Below the pieces are notes generated by a model that made no database searches, was not told the DNA's origin, and saw only the letters and a list, made by a program, of their open reading frames with translations. 64,000 nt of DNA, from assembly GCF_006345805.1 (NCBI RefSeq), contig NC_043007.1, positions 61,752,001-61,816,000 of the forward strand. Direction: 5' to 3'. This document shows, in pieces, positions 58,530 through 64,000 of this stretch. Each line of letters starts with the position of its first letter. Position 1 is the first letter of the stretch. Source of the DNA: Octopus sinensis (taxonomy: Eukaryota). A program made the position numbers and the translations under genes.

Positions 58530-61500
58530 GAGCAGATGTAGACGTGTGCGGCTTTCAAGCAGCACTTTGCGCGGCTGTTTGGGGAAGGTGATGGGTTGAC
58601 GATGGTAGCGAACTTTACTTCGTACCTAGACGGCCTACAACGGCTGTCGGTGACGGACGCGAGGTTCTGCGAAAAACCTCTGAAATAGGGGAGGCGATGA
58701 GCGATTGCACAAGTCACAAATCGCCCGGTTTGGATGGTCTGCCTTACGAATTCTATGTTTTCATGCCAGATTTGTTTTGCAGCCTCTTGACAGATGTCTC
58801 CTGTCACTGGAGAATTCCTAGTGCTGTTAGCTGGTGTGTAGTAACACTGGCGAGAAAGGACACCGACAAGGGGCACCTGCTAGGAAATTTTTGACCCATT
58901 ACCCTGTTAAACACGGAGTTTAAGATTTTGGCCATGGTGTAGCGAAAAGGTTGGCGCTTGTCGTTGGTGGTCTGGTCGGGGAGGCACAAACATGCGCAAT
59001 CCCGAGCAGGTCTATCCACGACAGCCTCTGTCCACCTTATGCGATATAAAGCTGACTTCGGTGGGGCCCTGATCAATTTATATCAGTCGAAAGCTTTCGA
59101 TAGGGTAGACCATCGTTACTTGGAAGCCGTCCATAAAGCGGACGGTTTCGGACCCGTTTTCAGAGGTTGGATTGCTGCAATGCACAGCGGCACCTGCACG
59201 GAGGTAAAAATAAATGGCCATCTTTGGGAACCGTTTAATATCTCACGTTCGGTCCGTTAGGGCTGCTCGCTGTCACCTCTTCTGTATGTGCAGGCTCTCG
59301 AGCCACTGCCGCGGAAGTTGGAATATTTATGAGGCCTGCCTTTCGAAACTGGACTCGGGAGGGTAGTGTCTGCACACGCGGACAACGTTACTGTCATGGT
59401 GTCGGATGCCCCCGAAGTGGAGACGGTCGGCTCCATTGTAAAGGAATATGAATCAGTTGCAGGGGCTAAAATCAATGCCGACAAGTCGGTGGGATTACAA
59501 TTGGGCATCTGGAGAAGCAGATCAATGTCGTCGGACTCTGGACTGACGGATCAGTTAAACTGCTCGGGGTTTGGTTTGGTCCCGACCTCCAGGTGGATAA
59601 GAATTGGGAAGAGGTGATGAACAGGATGACTTCTCTTACTCAGAAGTCTTACCCGGAGAGGAAGTTGTCCCTGAAAGGTCGGGCAGAGGTGGCGAATGCC
59701 TACATCGCCTCTGTCATTATTTATCGTCTGACCGTCCTACCTTGCTCCAATTACTGTTTGATTACATTGGAGCGTATCCTGTTTATTTTCTTGTGAAAAG
59801 GACATGTTCCAATGGTCAGGCGGTCGGTCTGCTGCCAACTTTCTTTGCGTGGCGGCTTAGGCATGCCATGGCTTTTAATGTGCAGGCATGCACTAAGGTT
59901 GCGCCACCTGCAGCGATTTCTAGAAGGTGAAAGTGTGTTGGCTCCGTTTGTGAGACACGCCTTTCTGTAGCTCGTCTCTTTGATGGAGCTGCAGTCCTGA
60001 GTAAAAGATAGGCTGAGACTGGGTGCCTGGTACTTAGAATGTCATCAGGTGTTCATTGTACTCTAGAAGTCGGGCAATAGGATCGGTGGATGTTCCACTT
60101 TAGATACTTATAGAGGATTAATAGCGGAGAAGTGCCACGACGTCCTCGGGGAGACCCTAGGCGTCGACGAAGACGAACTGGCAAGTCTATTCCGGAAGAC
60201 TTTCCGGTGGGGATACTGTTATAGATAATTTCATGAAGTCTTTGGCCTGGCAGTGCTACCGAGGAGCTCTACCGGTTCGAGATAAACTCTACAGGCATGG
60301 ATGTGCTATCAGACGGGCTTGTCCGAGGTGCTCGCAGAGTGACGAAACCGTTCTGCAAGCACTCGTTCAGTGTCTGGGCATTGCTGATTTGTGGTGTTAT
60401 GTCGAACAGCTACTGTCGCGTGTAGGACAGATATGTCTGTCATTCGAGTCCATAATGATGATTGTCCTGCCGCCCTCCTTTAATCGGGCAGGTAAGGCAG
60501 TTTTCCTTTGTCTGGTGGCTATGGTGAAAGAGGTTATCTAGTGGACGAGGCTGAAAGGAATGAGGACAGAAACATTCCTCTTTGGTAAAGACCTCATCGA
60601 CTTTTTCAAGTTTTACTTGAAACGGAAAGTGAGGGGAGAAGGAGTGGGTGAAAGTTGCGAAAATGGCAAGAGTGGATCGTACCACTCTTAGTGTAGACCT
60701 GTGAGTCGGAAGAAAGACGTTGGAGAGGACTCCCGTCCTTGGTATTCAGGGTGATTTTGGATGGTGGGGTTCCTTGATTATCCCTAGAGGTGCTCCTGTA
60801 TCAGGGGGATCCCATCACAATAACTTTTTCTTTTATTTTTTTTATTTATTTTTATCATTTTTATTTTTATTTTTTTCTTGTGTCATATACTATGTATACT
60901 TCCCGGATCTTTTCCTTTTGAACGGCATATGTCAACACAATTTCTAGTTAACTAAACACTTTTAAACTTCGTATACTGGTAGAATGTGTTTATAATAAAA
61001 CATCATTTTTTTCTTGGCTTTATTGAGAAAATTCTATAGTTTGTAACATATTTCCACTTTCAAATCGAGCATTTCGGTAATTTTAACCAATCAAATACGT
61101 CCATTTGGAGTGAAAACATACCGTGCTGTATGAATATGCCCCTCGTTTAAGAAACAGATTGGGTTTATTTACATTTGCGAAGAAAAAAAGATACCCTCCC
61201 CTCCCCCTTCCTTCCCATAACCCTAACCATAACCATAACTCTAAACCTAAACCTAACCCTAAAATAGATTGAAATGCAATAGATCGATACTAGGGTTATA
61301 ATTATGGGTGACAATTTCATAAGACACTGCTACAGAAAATGGGATTTTTTTCTAGCGGTGTCAAATGAAAATGTCACCCATAATTATAACCCTAGTATCG
61401 ATCTATTGCATTTCAATCTATTTTAGGGTTAGGTTTAGTTAGAGTTAGGGTTAGGAGTGGGGGGATGGTATCTTTTTTTTCTTCGCAAATGTAAATAAAC

Positions 61501-61900
61501 CCAATCTGTTTCTTAAACGAGGGGCATATTCATACAGCACGGTATGTTTTCACCCCAAATGGACGTGTTTGATTGGTTAAAATTACCGAAATGCTCGATT
61601 TGAAAGTGGAAATATGTTACAACATATAGAATTTTCTCAATAAAGCCAAGAAAAAATGATGTTTTATAAACACATTCTACCAGTATACGAAGTTTAAAAG
61701 TGTTTAGTTAACTAGAAATTGTGTTGAAAACTGCCGTTCAAAAGGAAAAGATCCTACTTCCCTTCTAATGTATACCATTTATACTTTTTTTTAATCATTC
61801 TATTATATGTAAACTCCCAACACTTTATGTCTGTTTTTCTATTGTTCCCCTCATCCTTTGCCCTGGTGTCAAATAAAAGAAATCATTATTATTATTAATA
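58530..61900 (+). mobile_element. 5'-truncated L1/Tx1-clade LINE, decayed, interrupted by a foldback element
   Basis: KSPGLDGLPYEFY, QSKAFDRVDH, SAHADNVT, CPRCSQSDETV..ALVQC; 3' aataaa (61872) + (ATT)n tail. Confidence 0.85.
60905..61754. mobile_element. 850-bp foldback DNA element with 8-bp TSD (TACTTCCC) and telomere-like repeats
   Basis: Ends GGATCTTTTCCTTTTGAACGGCA / TGCCGTTCAAAAGGAAAAGATCC; arms pair almost to the centre (~61342); TSD at 60897-60904 and 61755-61762. Confidence 0.92.
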
Positions 61901-62158
61901 TCATTAATAATATTAATATGCTAACACCTACGTACGTACATACGTACGTATGTATTTGTGGCGTGTGTCATACTAAGTTGAAAGGAAGAGGTAAAAAGAG
62001 AGAAATAAAACTTAAGCAGAGGAAGTATAGTTGAAGTGAGAGGCAAAGCGGCAAAGAGGAGAGGAGGGAGTAAGAGGGAGTGAGAGAGAGAGGGGGGAAG
62101 ATTGATAGAGAGGTAAGAGAAATATAACGCGTGAGACACAGAGGAGGGTGGAGGGAAA

Positions 62159-62189
<31 letters not shown>

Positions 62190-62333
62190 AAGATTTAGAG
62201 AGATAGATTGAGTGAAGGATGGAGTGGATAAAGAATAATCGTGAAAGAGAATGAAACCATTCTAATAGAGAAAACGCTGGAAAACTTTTTATTTTGAAGT
62301 TGAAAATATGGAAATTGCAAAGAGAAATGTTGC

Positions 62334-62395
<62 letters not shown>

Positions 62396-62400
62396 GTCTA

Positions 62401-62440
<40 letters not shown>

Positions 62441-62960
62441 CCTGCTCCTCCCTCTCTAACGCAGACTTTCTCACCCTCTGTCTCTTTCTCAGCAAATACC
62501 TGTGGATGTTACTGTTACTTTTCTACAGTTGAAGGGCGAGGAAGAAAGAAAGAGAGAAATAAAAAGTGTTAAGAAGAGGAGGAATAGTTGAAATGACTGG
62601 CGGAGCGAAAGAGAGGAGGGTCAGAGAGGGAGTGAGAGAGAGAGAGAGAGAGAGAGTGAGTGGCGACTGAAAGGAAGGCGGCGTTCGTTTTGTGTTTTTA
62701 AATGCTTATCAGTATTTTCAGAGTAACCACAGCAAATATTGGATGCTACTTTTACTTTCCTACACTATAATTGGATGCTACTATTAAAGATGCTTACATT
62801 TTTTGTATTTCGTAGAATTTCTCAGGGTCCTGCTTATACATAATTATTCGATAGTTATTAAATGAAGTCACTATTTACATATGCTTACATTTTTTTTATT
62901 TTCCGTGAAGTTTTCACGGGTCCAGCTAGTTATTATTATTACTATTACTATTATTATTCA

Positions 62961-63220
62961 GGCGGCGAGCTGGCAGAATCGTTAGCACGAATTTATCGAC
63001 CCCGAAAGGATGAAAGGCAAAGTCGACCTCGGCGGAATTTGAACTCAGAACGTAAGGGGAGACGAAATACTGCTAAGCATTTCGCCCGGCGTGCTAACGA
63101 TTCTGCCAGCTCGCCGGGCGAAATGCTTAGCAGTATTTCGTCTCCCCTTACGTTCTGAGTTCAAATTCCGCCGAGGTCGACTTTGCCTTTCATCCTTTCG
63201 GGGTCGATAAATTAAGTACC
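62961..63220. mobile_element. SINE family B copy with an internal inverted duplication
   Basis: Head 62961-62989, then an inverted copy 62990-63115, then the normal body; perfect 102-bp arms at 62990-63091 / 63112-63213. Confidence 0.92.
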
Positions 63221-63244
63221 ATTTACCAGTTATTATCATCATTA

Positions 63245-64000
63245 AGGACAGCATAGGGTGTCCACAGTTCCAAATAGTCGGCTACACAGACTACAAATTC
63301 CTGATCTGTACTGTCGACTTAGATAGGCTCCATAGAAAGGGTCCCGGTTACTGGAAGCTAAACGCGTCATTAACGGTGTGCAAAGCTTACAGAGACCGGA
63401 TTAGTTTATTAGTTAAGCGGGCGTTGCCGGGGGCAATCATCACTAACAACTGGTGGTTTGCTCTAAAGAGGGCAATTAGAGCAGAATCGATTAGGTTTAG
63501 TAAAGCTCTAGCTGTAGAACGAAACAAAACAGAGCGGGATTTAGTTAGAAAGCTAGACGAGGTTCTTAGGTCAGGCATCGCAACCGACGTGTCAGCGGCC
63601 AGGTTGGCTCTCGATCAACACTTCGACGCCAAACACGAAGGCTGCGTTGTCAGAGCTAAGGCACGTTCGGTAAGCGGGGAGGGGACTAAGGCCGCTCGAT
63701 GGGCCCGCGTGGCAGAGGTGAAGCGTGGAAACAAAGCGACCATTTGGTCTTTAGTGGAGCAGGACGGGCGTGAGGTTTCCGAACCGCAAGCAGATGTGTG
63801 CAGCCTTTCAGCAGCACTTTGCTCGACTAATCGGGACGAGCGGTGGGACGGACAACGGGACAGACTTCGGTGTGTACCTGAACGGCCTACCGCGACTCTC
63901 GGCTAACGAGGCGGAGTGCTGCGAAAGACTGGGAAGTACAAGAAGCGACGAAAAGCTGCACGAGAGGTAGATCGCCGGGTTTGGATGGTCTACTCTACGA
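63245..64000 (+). mobile_element. Third L1/Tx1-type LINE copy (end of endonuclease and linker), running off the window
   Basis: GYTDYKFLICTVDLDRLHRKGPGYWKLNASL followed by ORF 63376..63906; its end overlaps the sequence where copy 58530 begins (LNGLPRLS..EA..CE). Confidence 0.8.

Noticed and set aside
58286-58591. 101-aa ATG-initiated ORF before the Tx1 copy
   Set aside because: Partly (AGC)n/(CAC)n low-complexity sequence running into the LINE; no domain recognised.

Overview
Eukaryotic, AT-rich, microsatellite- and transposon-dense DNA. The repeat families and simple-repeat load suggest an octopus-like cephalopod (inference). One host gene can be reconstructed by hand on the + strand: six phase-consistent exons at 3280-28232 encode the C-terminal ~460 aa of a CFAP92/KIAA1257(FLJ43738)-like protein, and its 5' exons probably lie left of the window. 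Most of the rest is mobile DNA: RTE, CR1-group, R4/Dong and L1/Tx1 LINEs, two tRNA-type SINE families, mariner, Tc1 and pogo remnants, Helitrons and foldback MITEs. Main observations: (1) A 1.9-copy tandem array of a 476-bp unit (20548-21456) carries two intact minimal type I hammerhead ribozyme folds on the - strand, which is a retrozyme/Penelope-like design predicted to release a 476-nt RNA. (2) Further hammerhead folds lie at 9092, 43207 (a G3:C8 core-swap variant) and 45908. (3) A near-full-length CR1-group LINE has an ORF2 with no usable AUG that opens in the -1 frame at a U_UUU_UUA slippery site. (4) A GC-rich CR1 is nested in an RTE with a 7-bp TSD. (5) An 850-bp foldback element has an 8-bp TSD and telomere-like repeats. 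No database searches or folding programs were run; family assignments rest on recalled motifs.
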